Positions 52,401-62,587 are shown, numbered from the stretch's first letter. The stretch: DNA of 64,000 bases from an uncultured Chloroflexia bacterium (GCA_963841825.1 CAWJEL010000010.1:134903-198902), one strand, 5' to 3'. Translations and numbers: made by a program. The notes: generated by a model not told the origin, from the letters alone.

Positions 52401-54344
52401 GATTTCGGCTACTACAAAGAGACCGGCACGGGCAAGGCGCTCGTCGGCGACACGGTGTGGTACGACGACAACGGCGACGGGTTCCAGCAGCCGGGCGAGC
52501 CGGGCATCCCCGGCGTGACTGTGGTGATCCGTGATGTCAACGGCAACCCCATCGGTTCGGCCGTGACCGACGGCAACGGCCACTACCTGGCCGCAGTGCC
52601 GGTGGGCAGCGGCTACACCGCGGCGGTGGATGCGGCGGCCAGTGGCAGTGTGCTGGACGACCTGTCACCGACCACGCCGAACCCCGTCAACCTGCCGCCC
52701 CTGACGGCCGGCATGCAATGGCTGGCGGCGGACTTCGGCTACGATGATGCGGGGCAAAACCTGCTCGGTGAAGTTGGCAACCTGGTGTGGCGGGATGTCA
52801 ACCAGGACGGCATCTTCGACGGCGGTGAAACCCCGCTGGCCGGCGTGAGCGTGAGCCTGATCCGCGACAGTAACGGGGACGGCGCCTGGGACGCCGGTGA
52901 GCCGATCATCGCCACCGTCACCACCGGCAGCGCGCTCGACGGACAAAACGGTAACTATCTATTCACGGGCGTGCCGCAGGGCAAGTACCTGGTACATGTC
53001 AGCGACACCAATGCGGTGCTGATCGACTTCACCAAGACTGTCGCCGTCGACCAGGTCAGCGATGGCACGAGCAAGAACGACCCGTACGCGGTGAACCTGG
53101 TGAACGCCGGGGACAACCATTACGCAGCCGACTTCGGCTACTACCAGAACACCGGCACCGAGGTGGGCGTCATCGGCAACCAGGTGTGGATCGAGGCGTG
53201 CGTCGCTGGCCTGGATGGCTTGACCTATGTCGCAAACGGCTACTTTGACACGGTGACGGGCGATATCGGTCAGGCGGGTGTCACGGTCGAGCTGCTGCAA
53301 GGCGGCAACGTAGTGGCGACCACCACCACCGGCGCCAGCGGCGACTACAGCTTCGTCCATCTGCCGGCGGGGGATTACAGCGTACGCGTGAGCGATGTCC
53401 ATCAGGTGCTGCGCGATCAGTGCAAGGGCACGGGCAATCTCCTGGCGCCGACGGTGCTGGGGCCGAACCCCGGCGCGGACAACAACAACCAAACCGAGAC
53501 CCAAGCGACGCCGTATGCGGTGACGTTGCCGATGGCGGGCTATCTCGTCAATCTGACGGCGGACTTCGGTTACACGGAAGGCCCGCAATCCTCCGGTGCG
53601 GCGTCGTACCGGATCATCAAGCGGCTGAACACACCAAACCCGGTGCGGATCAACCGGGAGGTGAGCTTCACGCTCCAGATCATCAACACCAGCGATACGG
53701 CCTGGATCACCTACCTGGCGCTGCGGGATGTCTACAGTACGACGTATCTGAGCTACCTGCGGGCTGAACCGGCCTCGCTCGATAACGTGAACGATGGCGA
53801 AGTCAACTGGCCGGATCTGATTACAGCCTTAGGCGCAGGGCCCATACCCCCTGGCGGGAGCGCGGAGGTGGTGGTGTGGTTCAAGACACTGCGGGACACG
53901 ACCGGGCTGCCGGGAGAGCAGACGCCCAACACCGTCACGGCCTACAACGTCTGGGGCGACGCGGACGGGCCGAGCGGGCCGCTCGACTCGGTGATCGCGC
54001 TGCCCGACAAGTCATCGACGGCGCCCGTAGGTGTATTCATGCCAACGGGGGTGGGGATGACGGGCTTCGATGCCACGGCGACGGCTGAAGGCATTGCCGT
54101 AACGTGGGAAACGGCCGAGGAGGCGAACATCGCCGGCTTCAATGTCTTGCGCAAGGTCGGCGACGGCGAGTTGGCGGTCATCAACAGCGAACTGCTGTTC
54201 GCCCAGAACGCCGGGGCGAACCAGGGCGCCGCCTACAGCTTCGTGGATGCCGACCAACTGGAGGGCGTGGTCACCTACGCCTTGCAGGTGGTGCGCCTCG
54301 ACGGTAGCGTCGAGACGGCCGGGCAGATCGACGTCGCCCGGTAA
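46480..54344 (+). pseudogene. Giant secreted DNRLRE-domain / SdrD-B-repeat surface protein (~2600 aa if repaired); at least 12 frame disruptions, all upstream of ~50500
   Basis: GGAGGAG lies 5 nt upstream of ATG 46480, and a signal peptide is present (MRNKTLTLLSTVIIIAALLLPGVSA). DNRLRE-like pieces are ALDSYIKQDNQD.., LLQFDLSFLP.., TSATLSLWVKEVKDGNATIVAHQVTSSWNETEVTWKARN and ASNFGVILESP. An unknown ~200-aa domain occurs twice (47900-48510 and 49260-49850). There are about 16 SdrD-B-like repeats (IGD.VW.D.N.DG.QD.GEPGI..V...L..). A DUF11-like module is YRIIKRLNTPNPVRINREVSFTLQIIN. The stretch 50469..54344 is one intact 1291-aa ORF. Confidence 0.7.
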
Positions 54345-54371
54345 CCCGGGCCGCGGTCCAGTTTTGGATCA

Positions 54372-54413
54372 ATCACGGGCCGGGGCGGAAACGTCTCGGC
54401 CCGTGATCTTTTG
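54372..54413 (+). terminator. Rho-independent terminator
   Basis: atcacgggccg gggcggaaacgtct cggcccgtgat forms an 11-bp perfect stem, followed by cttttg. Confidence 0.75.
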
Positions 54414-54523
54414 TCTGGACGGTTCTCAGGATGCTTTGGTACGTTGAGAATTCCTGGTGGGGTCGTCGAGTCGTTGCAGAGTAGTAAAAGGGCTGGTATA
54501 CTGTCGTCAGTGAAGAAAGGCAG

Positions 54524-54774
54524 TACCGCAAAACTCGCTACCTGGGGTCTATCACTCTGAGTGTAGTCAAACCATTCGGCGGCTCGCGGGTGCTCGAAAA
54601 AAGTCAGTTTTGTCACGCTTTGCGTGAGCGGATGAACAGCTCAATTCTCGTTGCGGCGAGGCTCCAGCGAAGAATCTCGCGTCTGAAACGAGACCCTTCG
54701 CTGAATTTTCGCCGCAACGCACCGCATGCGAAAACCCCGCTCAGGGTGACAATAGCGACTTTTGCGGTATTGCG
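54524..54774. repeat. Nested palindromic intergenic element (family R2), copy 2
   Basis: The arms are accgcaaaactcgctacc.. and ..ccgctcagggtgacaatagcgacttttgcggtattgcga. The reverse complement of the right arm matches copy 1's left arm at roughly 35/41. The inner cgaagaatctc..gagacccttcgctgaattttcgcc also resembles copy 1. Confidence 0.6.
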
Positions 54775-54908
54775 AAGAAATGCTTGGGGCTCGGGAAACA
54801 CCTCTTTCATTTCCTCGAGGGACGAACGACTAAAGTCGTCACTACCAAACATCGATATCCGCATGGCGAGAGCCAGAGATTTCCCTTTTCAGTGAAAGTA
54901 GACATCGC

Positions 54909-57900
54909 ATGAACAGACGACATGGTTTCCCCGCTTCCTTCCGGCTGCTGGCACTCCTGGTGCTTGCCGCCAGCCTCTTACCCCTGGCGCGGCCCGGAAA
55001 TACAGCCGACGCAGCACCAGAACCCGCGCGCGCCACAGCCATGCAGCCGGCTCTCGAGCTCGCCGCGGCTGCGACAAGTGTCACTCTGGGCGCCTCGGGG
55101 GACACCTGGATCTCCAAGAATAAGAGCAATAACAACTTCGGCGCCTGCGACATCATGCAACTGGACACGTCGCAGGGAAGCCTGGGCAACGGCCGTATGC
55201 TGCTGCAATTCGACCTGTCGAGCCTCCCCCCTGGGGCGACGATCACTGCGGCGCACCTGCAACTGACGAAAACGGGTGGCGACACGGCAACGCATCACAT
55301 CGAGGCGCACCGCGTGACGGCAGCTTGGCAACAGGGCGCGGGTTCTTGCCCTGGCCAGGGCAACACTGCCGCCAGTTGGAACGAGCGGCAGGCTGGGGTG
55401 GCCTGGACCGTAGCGGGCGGCGACTACGCGGCGGCCGCCGTGGACACCGTGACGATCGACGCTAACGGTGTCTACACCTGGAATCTGACCTCGCTGGTAC
55501 AGGACTGGGTCAACAATCCCGCCAGCAACTACGGCGTGCTGTTCGGCACACCCGATACGGGGACGCATTTATACGAGTTCGCCAGTCGCGAGCATGCCGT
55601 CGTCGCCAACCGGCCGCAATTGTTGGTGAGCTACATGGGGGATCACGCTGAAAACGTGAGCGATGACTTCGATCCCACTACCGGTTTCGCCGGCAACGAC
55701 GGCACGCGTGCCTGGACGAGCGATTGGCATGAGATCGGCGAGGCGGATGGGGCGTCCGCCGGCTTCACGCGGGTCGTGACCGATCCGCTGTGCGCCAGCG
55801 GCGCGTGTCTCAATGTGGTCAGTCAGGCGGGGGCAATTGACGGGATCGGCGCAGGACGCGAAGCTGATCTGCGCGGGGCGGCTGCCGCGACCTTGACGTT
55901 CGACTTTCTACGGCGAAGCGGCGGACTGCCGATTGTCGATATTCAGGTATCTGGCAATGGCGGCGCAAACTGGACGACGCTCGCCAGTTATCATCTGGAT
56001 GTGAATGACCTGACCTATCAACATGCTAGTTTTGATCTTAAGCCCTATGCGGCGCGTGACACACAGATTCGCTTTAGCGGGTCCTTTTTGGGGGGTCCCG
56101 CCAGCCCGGATGCAGGCTTCTACGTAGACAACGTACGGATTGACTTCACCATCCCCAACACCACCATCGCCGGCATGGTCTGGAATGACCGCGACCGCGA
56201 CGGCGGGCTGGATGCTGGCGAGCCAGGGCTGGCGAACATCACCGTCAACTTGCACGAGGGCACGTGTCAGGCTGCCACCGGCGCCCCCTATCGCACGACA
56301 ACGACGAGCAACGGCGGGTCCTATATCTTCGCAGCGCTGAGCGCGGGAAACTACTGCGTGCAGGTGGATCCGGCGACGGCGCCGCTCGACTACATGTTGA
56401 CCAGCAATGATTCATCGCTCGACGTGACGTTGGCGGCGGGGCAGTATGATACATCAGCCAACTTTGGCTTTGCATCAATCACGGCCGATGACCGGTTGGC
56501 CGTGGCTGCGTATGCGCCGTGCGCTGATACAGCCTGGCTACAACAACTGGCCCAGACCTACGGCGCCACCATCACCGCCGCGGATGCTGCCACCTGCGGC
56601 TACACCTTGCAGGTCGCGCCGGCCCAGCAGGCGGCCCTGCAGGCCGCGGTCGCGGCCGATCCTCACGTCCGGTACGCCGGCCCGGATGTATGGACGCGCG
56701 GCGCGTTTATCCCGAACGATCCCGACTACAGCGACCCCTGGCTGGTCTACGGGCCACGGCAGATCCACGCGGAAAGCGCCTGGGATGTGACGCTAGGGGA
56801 CCCCAACATGATCGTCGCGGTGCTGGACACGGGCCTGGATCTGAGCCATCCAGAGTTCACGGGCCGGGTGCTGCCGGGCTACGATTTTGTGAATGGGGAT
56901 AGCGATCCGAGCGACGACAAAAACCACGGCACGCACGTCGCGGGCATCATTGCGGCGGGCATCAACAACGGGATTGGGATACCGGGCATCGCGGGCGCGG
57001 TCAAGGTTCTGCCCGTCAAGGTGCTGAACGCGCAGGGCGCCGGCTGGTGGAGCAACGTTGCGCAGGGGATCACCTGGGCGGTGGAGCATGGCGCGCGCGT
57101 GGTGAACCTGAGCCTTAACAGCACCGCCAGCTCGCAGTTATTGTCAGACGCGGTAGCCTACGCCAACAGCAAGGGCGTGGTGATGGTGGTCTCCGCGGGG
57201 AACAGTGGGTCGGCGCAACCGGCCTATCCGGCGGTTTATGAGAATGTGATTGCTGTGGGCGCCACCGATTACGATGGTCTGCGGGCCGCCTTCAGCAACT
57301 ACGGCCCTAACGTGGATGTGATGGCGCCCGGCGATTCGATCTGGAGCACGTACCCGGGCGGCGGCTACAAATACATGTCGGGGACCTCGATGGCGGCGCC
57401 ACACGCAGCCGGGGTAGCGGCATTGCTGCTCAGCGTCAACCCGAATCTGACCCCGGCGCAGATTAAGGATACGCTCCAGGCCACCGCGGCCGACATGGAT
57501 GCACTGGGGGTGGACGCCTACACCGGTTATGGGCTGATTAACGCCCAGACGGCCGTGATGGGGGTGAAGCCCGCCACCTACGTGCCACCGACGACGAATC
57601 TGACCGAGACGTTGGCAGTGGATGCGAACGGCAACGGCCTGGTGGATCCTGGCGACACGCTGCGCTACCGCGTCACCGTCGCCAACGAGGGCGCGCAACC
57701 GTTGAGCAACGTGGTGGTCAACGCCGTCGCGCCGCGCTATACAAGCTACGTGGCCAACGCCACGGGCTTGAGCGGCATCCCCGTGCGCGACGATGCCGCG
57801 CCGGAGACCGCACTGCCGCTCGATGCGGACGGACTGAACATCGGCGCGGTGGCGCCGGGGGGCAGCACGCTCGTCAGCTTTGATGTGATCGTGGCGCAGC

Positions 57901-60900
57901 CGCCGCGCGGTGTGTATGCGCTCGTGGGTCAGGCAACGGTGCAGACGGATGCCGGCAGCGAGATGCTTGAAGTGGTCACGCCGGTGGCGGGCACGCTGTT
58001 GCAGGCCGCGGTGAATAAATCCAGCGCGCAGATCGGCCAGACCTTAGCCTACACCTTGACCTCGGACTACCTGGGGCGCGACCTGTTGAGCAGTGTGATC
58101 GTGACCGCGACAGTACCTGCGGGGACGCGTTATGTGGCGGGCAGCGTTAATGCCGGGGGTGGCGAGAGCGGCGGGGCGGTGACGTGGAATTTGGGCAGCA
58201 ACGCGGCCGGCGTGCCGGGATACGCAGCCGGCATCGAGGCGGCGAATAGCACAGTGACCAGCAGCATCAGCCAAAGCAGCGACGACGCGGAGGAAGAGGG
58301 GCCGGAGGGCAAAAACCTGGGGCCGGGCGGCATGTACTTGATCAGCACCGACTTGGAGATGGCGGAGGACTGGGAGTCGGATGTGTCAGGCACCCAAAAG
58401 ATCGGCTTGCGCTTCAATAACGTCAGCGTGCCCCGAAGCGCGCTGATCACGAATGCCTATATCGTCTTTCGCGCGGTGGCGGCCGAGTCGCCCATGACGA
58501 ACAGCGGCGCCACCAACCTGATCCTGCGCGGCCAGGCAGCCGATAACCCGACGGCGTTCACATCCACGGCGTATAACATCTCGAATCGGAGTACGACCAC
58601 GGCGTCCGTCACGTGGGCGCCTGCCGCCTGGACGACCGGCGTCGACTACAGTACCCCCAACTTGAAGACGGTAGTTCAGGAGATTGTGGATCGTCCCGGC
58701 TGGGCGAGTGGCAACAGCATGGTCTTCATCGTGACCGGCGCCGGCTCTCGCTCGGCAGAAGCCTGGGATAACACGGGCGAAACCGGCACCACGGGCGCCA
58801 ACCAGGCAAAGCTCGTCATCGAGTATGACACGCCATCAACGCCGGCGCTCGGCAACGCCATCAGCGCCGCGCCGACGCTCGTGTCCGCGGGCGGGCTGAT
58901 CACCGTGACGCAAGTGCTCACCGCCAGCCAGGGTGTCGCCGACGTAGCGCCCGCTCTGGGGATTAGCGCCACACTCGGTACGAATGCGGCCCTCGTTTCC
59001 GGCCCGACGCCTGCCAGTGCAACGGTAGGATCATCTGGCACGACTTTTGTGTGGGTGTATCAGGCGAGCAGCAGCGGCGCCACCGGGCAAATCAGTTTCA
59101 AGGGCGCCGCTGAAAACGACTCGAAAAGCGTTGGTTGGCCTTCCGCTTTGAGCAATAGCGTGCTCGTCCACCCACCGCTGACCTTCAGCACGATCGTGAC
59201 GGGAACACCCCCCGGCGGCGGCGCCATCCACACCACCGGCTTCATCCGCGATGCGGGCGGCCTGCTGCCCGCCAACGCCAGTAATACACCGACCACAGGG
59301 CTGTACGGCAGCGTCGGCGACCGTATCTGGGACGATCAGGACGGTGACGGCATCCAGGACGCCGACGAGCCGGGCATCGCGGCCGTGACCGTGCAACTGG
59401 CCGCCAGCGACGGCCGCGTCCGCACCGCGCCGACCGACACCAATGGCTTGTACGATTTCAGCGACCTGCTGGCCGGTGTCTACACCGTCACTGTGGACGC
59501 CGCCACCGTGCCGTCCGAATTCGAGCTCCTGACCACCGGCTATCCGGTGCTTGTGAATCTGCATGATGGTGAAAACTACGACGCCGCCGATGTCGGCCTG
59601 AAGGCGCTCGGCGTCACCGTCGGGGACACGTTTTGGTATGATGCGGACGCTGACGGCCTCCAGGACGCGGGCGAGCCAGGCATCGGCAACGTGACGCTCG
59701 ATCTCTACCTCGATAATGGTGACGGCAGCTTCAATCCGGTCCGCGATTTTCTGGTGGATACGACCACCAGCGACGCCAGCGGCGCCTATCGGCTGAGTGC
59801 CCCGGTGGCGGGGATCTACTTTGTGAATGTGACCGACCAGGCCGGGCTGCTGGCCGGCCTACAACACACGGTCGGGGCGCAAAGCAGCGCCACCCCCACG
59901 CCCCCCATCACCTTGGTGCGCGGCCAGTTCAATCGCGACGTCGACTTCGGTTATGTGCGCATGCCGCCGGCGGACGCTGGCGTCATCGGCGATCTGGTGT
60001 GGGCTGATGGCAACGGCAACGGCGTCCGGGAGAGCTGGGAGCCGGTGCTGATCGGCGTCACCGTGTGCGCGACGCCGGTCGCGGGGGGGACGCCGATCTG
60101 CGCCGCCAGCGATAACAATGGCCGCTACCTGCTGGTGGCGCCGGCCGGCGAGTATCGCGTGACGCCGAGCGGCAACCCCGCCGGCCTGCTGCCCAGCACG
60201 CCCAGCTCGCTGAACGTCAACCTGACCGCCGGCCAGCAGCAATTGGCCGTGGACTTCGGGTTTGCCGCCGGCGACGTGCCCTTGGGCGGCATCGGTGGGA
60301 TCGTGTGGCAAGACCTGCCGACGAATGAGATCGTGGATGGCATCTATGCGCCGGGAACGGAACCGGGCATCCCGGAAGTCAGCGTCGGGTTGATCCGCGA
60401 TCTGGATGGCAGCGGGACGTGGAGCGGCACGGAGCCGTACATCGCCACTTTCACCACAGTGGCCGGCAGCTATCAGTTCGAGGGGTTGCCCGCCGGGGCT
60501 TACCTGGTGCGGGTGACGGATACGCGGCAGGTGTTGCGGCGCTTCGCAGAATCGGTGTCGGGACCCTTGGGGGCCAGCGGCATCGATCATCAGAACAAGC
60601 CACAGCCGTATGCCGTCAGCCTGTCCCCCGGCGGCGTGAATACGACGGCCGACTTCGGCTACCGCGAGTACGATGTCTTCGCAGCGAGCGATCCACCGCT
60701 GCCCGGCGTGATCGGCAACCTGGTCTGGCTGGATATGGACGCCGACGGCCAGTATGACCCTGTCCGCGGTGACCTGCCATTGCCGGGGGTGACGGTGGAT
60801 TTGCTGGCGAGCGACGGCCAATGGTTGGCTGCCACCACGACGGGCGCGGATGGCGCGTATCTCTTCACCGAGCTGGCACGGGGCGCCTACGCCGTGCGGG

Positions 60901-62114
60901 TGAGCGACGCGTTCGGCGTGTTAGCCGGCCTCGCTCCCACGGTCGCCAGCCCGGACGCCGGCCAGGATAATACCAGTCGGGACCAGCCGTACACGGTCAC
61001 GCTGGGCCTTAATCCGGTCACCTATTTGGCCGATTTCGGGTACACCGCGCTGGCCAGCCTCGGCGACGGCGTTTACTTCGACATCAATGGGAACGGCGCT
61101 GAAGACGCGGGCGAGCCGGGCATCCCCGATGTGACGCTGGAGGTGTATCGCCAGGGGATCAAGGTCGCCAATCCCACCACGGACGCGGCCGGCCGGTATA
61201 GCTTCACTGCGCCGGCCGATGCCTACACCGTCACCCTGGCAGCCGAAGAGTTGGCGCCGGACGGGACGCTGTACCAGTGGATCCCTACGGAGACGCCGCC
61301 GATGCCGGTAGTGCTGAGCGCCGGACAGGCGCTGACGAGCGCCGATTTCGGCTTGACCGTCGCGTCGAGCTATACAGTGACCAACCGGCTGAATACGCCT
61401 GACCCGGTGCGAATCAACCGGGAGATCAGCTTCACCATCCGGATCACCAACACGGGCCAGACGCCGCTCACGGTGTTGCCGTTGCGCGACACCTATGACA
61501 CGAGATTCCTATCCTACGGCGCCGGCCCCCCCAGCAAGTTTGCGGAGCCGGCGTCGCAGGATACAGATGACGACGGCACGCTCGACTGGCCCGATCTTAC
61601 AGCAAGCTTCGGGCGGGATTTGGGACCCAACGAGCACTTCGAGGTGATCGTTTACTTCATGGCGAGCAAGGACACAACCGGGCTGGCGGGCGGCACGGTG
61701 AACACGGCGGCCGTGCATGATGCCTTTGCGGACCCGGATGGATCGGGCGGGCCGCTGTCAGCCGTGGCGCTGCCGGCGGACGCGGCCAGCGCCGAGGTGG
61801 AAGTGTTTCTGCCCACCGGCGTCGGCGTCAGCGACTTCGGCGGGGTGTGGCAGGACGGCCAGGTGATCCTGACGTGGGCGACGGCGAGCGAGGCGAACAT
61901 CGTCGGCTTCAACGTGTTGCGCAAGGTCGGCGATGGCGAGTTTGCGGCCATCAACAGCGAACTGCTGTTCGCCCAGCACGCGGGGGCAAACCAGGGGGAC
62001 GCCTACAGCTTCGTGGATGCCGCCCTGCCGGAGGGCATGGTCACCTATGCGTTGCAGGTGATGCGGCTCGACGGCAGCGTCGAGCTGGCCGGGCAGGTCG
62101 AGGTCGCGCGGTAA
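54909..62114 (+). CDS. Giant (2401 aa) secreted multidomain protein: DNRLRE domain, SdrD-B repeats, embedded S8 subtilisin domain, DUF11-type modules, SSDDAEE-type module, ~11 more SdrD-B repeats, conserved C-terminal module
   Basis: This is a single uninterrupted ORF. The DNRLRE-like region is ASGDTWISKNKSNNNFG..LLQFDLSSLPPGATITAAHLQL..HRVTAAWQQG..WNERQ..SNYGVLF. The S8 triad contexts are VAVLDTG, HGTHVAGII and SGTSMAAPHAAG (about 56700-57560). The module SQSSDDAEEEG..LISTDLEMAED..KIGLRFNNVSVPRSALITNAYIVF lies at about 58255-58830. The C-terminus reads ..ILTWATASEANIVGFNVLRK... Confidence 0.85.
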   Translation: MNRRHGFPASFRLLALLVLAASLLPLARPGNTADAAPEPARATAMQPALELAAAATSVTLGASGDTWISKNKSNNNFGACDIMQLDTSQGSLGNGRMLLQFDLSSLPPGATITAAHLQLTKTGGDTATHHIEAHRVTAAWQQGAGSCPGQGNTAASWNERQAGVAWTVAGGDYAAAAVDTVTIDANGVYTWNLTSLVQDWVNNPASNYGVLFGTPDTGTHLYEFASREHAVVANRPQLLVSYMGDHAENVSDDFDPTTGFAGNDGTRAWTSDWHEIGEADGASAGFTRVVTDPLCASGACLNVVSQAGAIDGIGAGREADLRGAAAATLTFDFLRRSGGLPIVDIQVSGNGGANWTTLASYHLDVNDLTYQHASFDLKPYAARDTQIRFSGSFLGGPASPDAGFYVDNVRIDFTIPNTTIAGMVWNDRDRDGGLDAGEPGLANITVNLHEGTCQAATGAPYRTTTTSNGGSYIFAALSAGNYCVQVDPATAPLDYMLTSNDSSLDVTLAAGQYDTSANFGFASITADDRLAVAAYAPCADTAWLQQLAQTYGATITAADAATCGYTLQVAPAQQAALQAAVAADPHVRYAGPDVWTRGAFIPNDPDYSDPWLVYGPRQIHAESAWDVTLGDPNMIVAVLDTGLDLSHPEFTGRVLPGYDFVNGDSDPSDDKNHGTHVAGIIAAGINNGIGIPGIAGAVKVLPVKVLNAQGAGWWSNVAQGITWAVEHGARVVNLSLNSTASSQLLSDAVAYANSKGVVMVVSAGNSGSAQPAYPAVYENVIAVGATDYDGLRAAFSNYGPNVDVMAPGDSIWSTYPGGGYKYMSGTSMAAPHAAGVAALLLSVNPNLTPAQIKDTLQATAADMDALGVDAYTGYGLINAQTAVMGVKPATYVPPTTNLTETLAVDANGNGLVDPGDTLRYRVTVANEGAQPLSNVVVNAVAPRYTSYVANATGLSGIPVRDDAAPETALPLDADGLNIGAVAPGGSTLVSFDVIVAQPPRGVYALVGQATVQTDAGSEMLEVVTPVAGTLLQAAVNKSSAQIGQTLAYTLTSDYLGRDLLSSVIVTATVPAGTRYVAGSVNAGGGESGGAVTWNLGSNAAGVPGYAAGIEAANSTVTSSISQSSDDAEEEGPEGKNLGPGGMYLISTDLEMAEDWESDVSGTQKIGLRFNNVSVPRSALITNAYIVFRAVAAESPMTNSGATNLILRGQAADNPTAFTSTAYNISNRSTTTASVTWAPAAWTTGVDYSTPNLKTVVQEIVDRPGWASGNSMVFIVTGAGSRSAEAWDNTGETGTTGANQAKLVIEYDTPSTPALGNAISAAPTLVSAGGLITVTQVLTASQGVADVAPALGISATLGTNAALVSGPTPASATVGSSGTTFVWVYQASSSGATGQISFKGAAENDSKSVGWPSALSNSVLVHPPLTFSTIVTGTPPGGGAIHTTGFIRDAGGLLPANASNTPTTGLYGSVGDRIWDDQDGDGIQDADEPGIAAVTVQLAASDGRVRTAPTDTNGLYDFSDLLAGVYTVTVDAATVPSEFELLTTGYPVLVNLHDGENYDAADVGLKALGVTVGDTFWYDADADGLQDAGEPGIGNVTLDLYLDNGDGSFNPVRDFLVDTTTSDASGAYRLSAPVAGIYFVNVTDQAGLLAGLQHTVGAQSSATPTPPITLVRGQFNRDVDFGYVRMPPADAGVIGDLVWADGNGNGVRESWEPVLIGVTVCATPVAGGTPICAASDNNGRYLLVAPAGEYRVTPSGNPAGLLPSTPSSLNVNLTAGQQQLAVDFGFAAGDVPLGGIGGIVWQDLPTNEIVDGIYAPGTEPGIPEVSVGLIRDLDGSGTWSGTEPYIATFTTVAGSYQFEGLPAGAYLVRVTDTRQVLRRFAESVSGPLGASGIDHQNKPQPYAVSLSPGGVNTTADFGYREYDVFAASDPPLPGVIGNLVWLDMDADGQYDPVRGDLPLPGVTVDLLASDGQWLAATTTGADGAYLFTELARGAYAVRVSDAFGVLAGLAPTVASPDAGQDNTSRDQPYTVTLGLNPVTYLADFGYTALASLGDGVYFDINGNGAEDAGEPGIPDVTLEVYRQGIKVANPTTDAAGRYSFTAPADAYTVTLAAEELAPDGTLYQWIPTETPPMPVVLSAGQALTSADFGLTVASSYTVTNRLNTPDPVRINREISFTIRITNTGQTPLTVLPLRDTYDTRFLSYGAGPPSKFAEPASQDTDDDGTLDWPDLTASFGRDLGPNEHFEVIVYFMASKDTTGLAGGTVNTAAVHDAFADPDGSGGPLSAVALPADAASAEVEVFLPTGVGVSDFGGVWQDGQVILTWATASEANIVGFNVLRKVGDGEFAAINSELLFAQHAGANQGDAYSFVDAALPEGMVTYALQVMRLDGSVELAGQVEVAR

Positions 62115-62142
62115 ACGCACCAGCACACAGGATGATCCGGGA

Positions 62143-62178
62143 CAAGGGCCAGGTCGAGAACGACTTGGCCCTTTTGGG
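62143..62178 (+). terminator. Rho-independent terminator
   Basis: caagggccaggtcg agaa cgacttggcccttt forms a stem with one mismatch, followed by tgggg. Confidence 0.7.
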
Positions 62179-62408
62179 GTATGCCCATCCGGCGCCCCCT
62201 GTTGGTTTTTGATGATGCCGCACGAAAACGACTGAAGTCGTTACTACCAACCCATCAAATCACCGTTGCCGAAGTAGTAGTTTGAGGGCGTCACTTCTGT
62301 TTCCTTCAGTCGTCATCCATTGACATGGATGCAAAGCATTGCCAGATGGCTTGGGTCAGCGACATCTACCACAGCGGATCTGTGACTGATATCCGAAATG
62401 CGTAGTAT

Positions 62409-62554
62409 CTTACCAATCGGATTCCGGCATAAAAAACAAGAATCTCACCACCAAGACACCAAGACACCAAGAACACTCAGAATTCTATCTTTGTGGACTT
62501 CGTGCTTCTGAGCCTTTGTGGTGAAGGCGTGGTTCTGGCTTGTCCGGGTTGGGG
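62409..62554. repeat. 146-bp MITE-like element (family R1), copy 3
   Basis: cttaccaatcggattccggcataaaaaacaagaatctcaccaccaagacaccaagacaccaagaac..cctttgtggtgaaggcgtggttctggcttgtccgggttgggg. Confidence 0.75.
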
Positions 62555-62587
62555 TGTATTCAAACAAATGAGCAGGGGGAAAAAACG

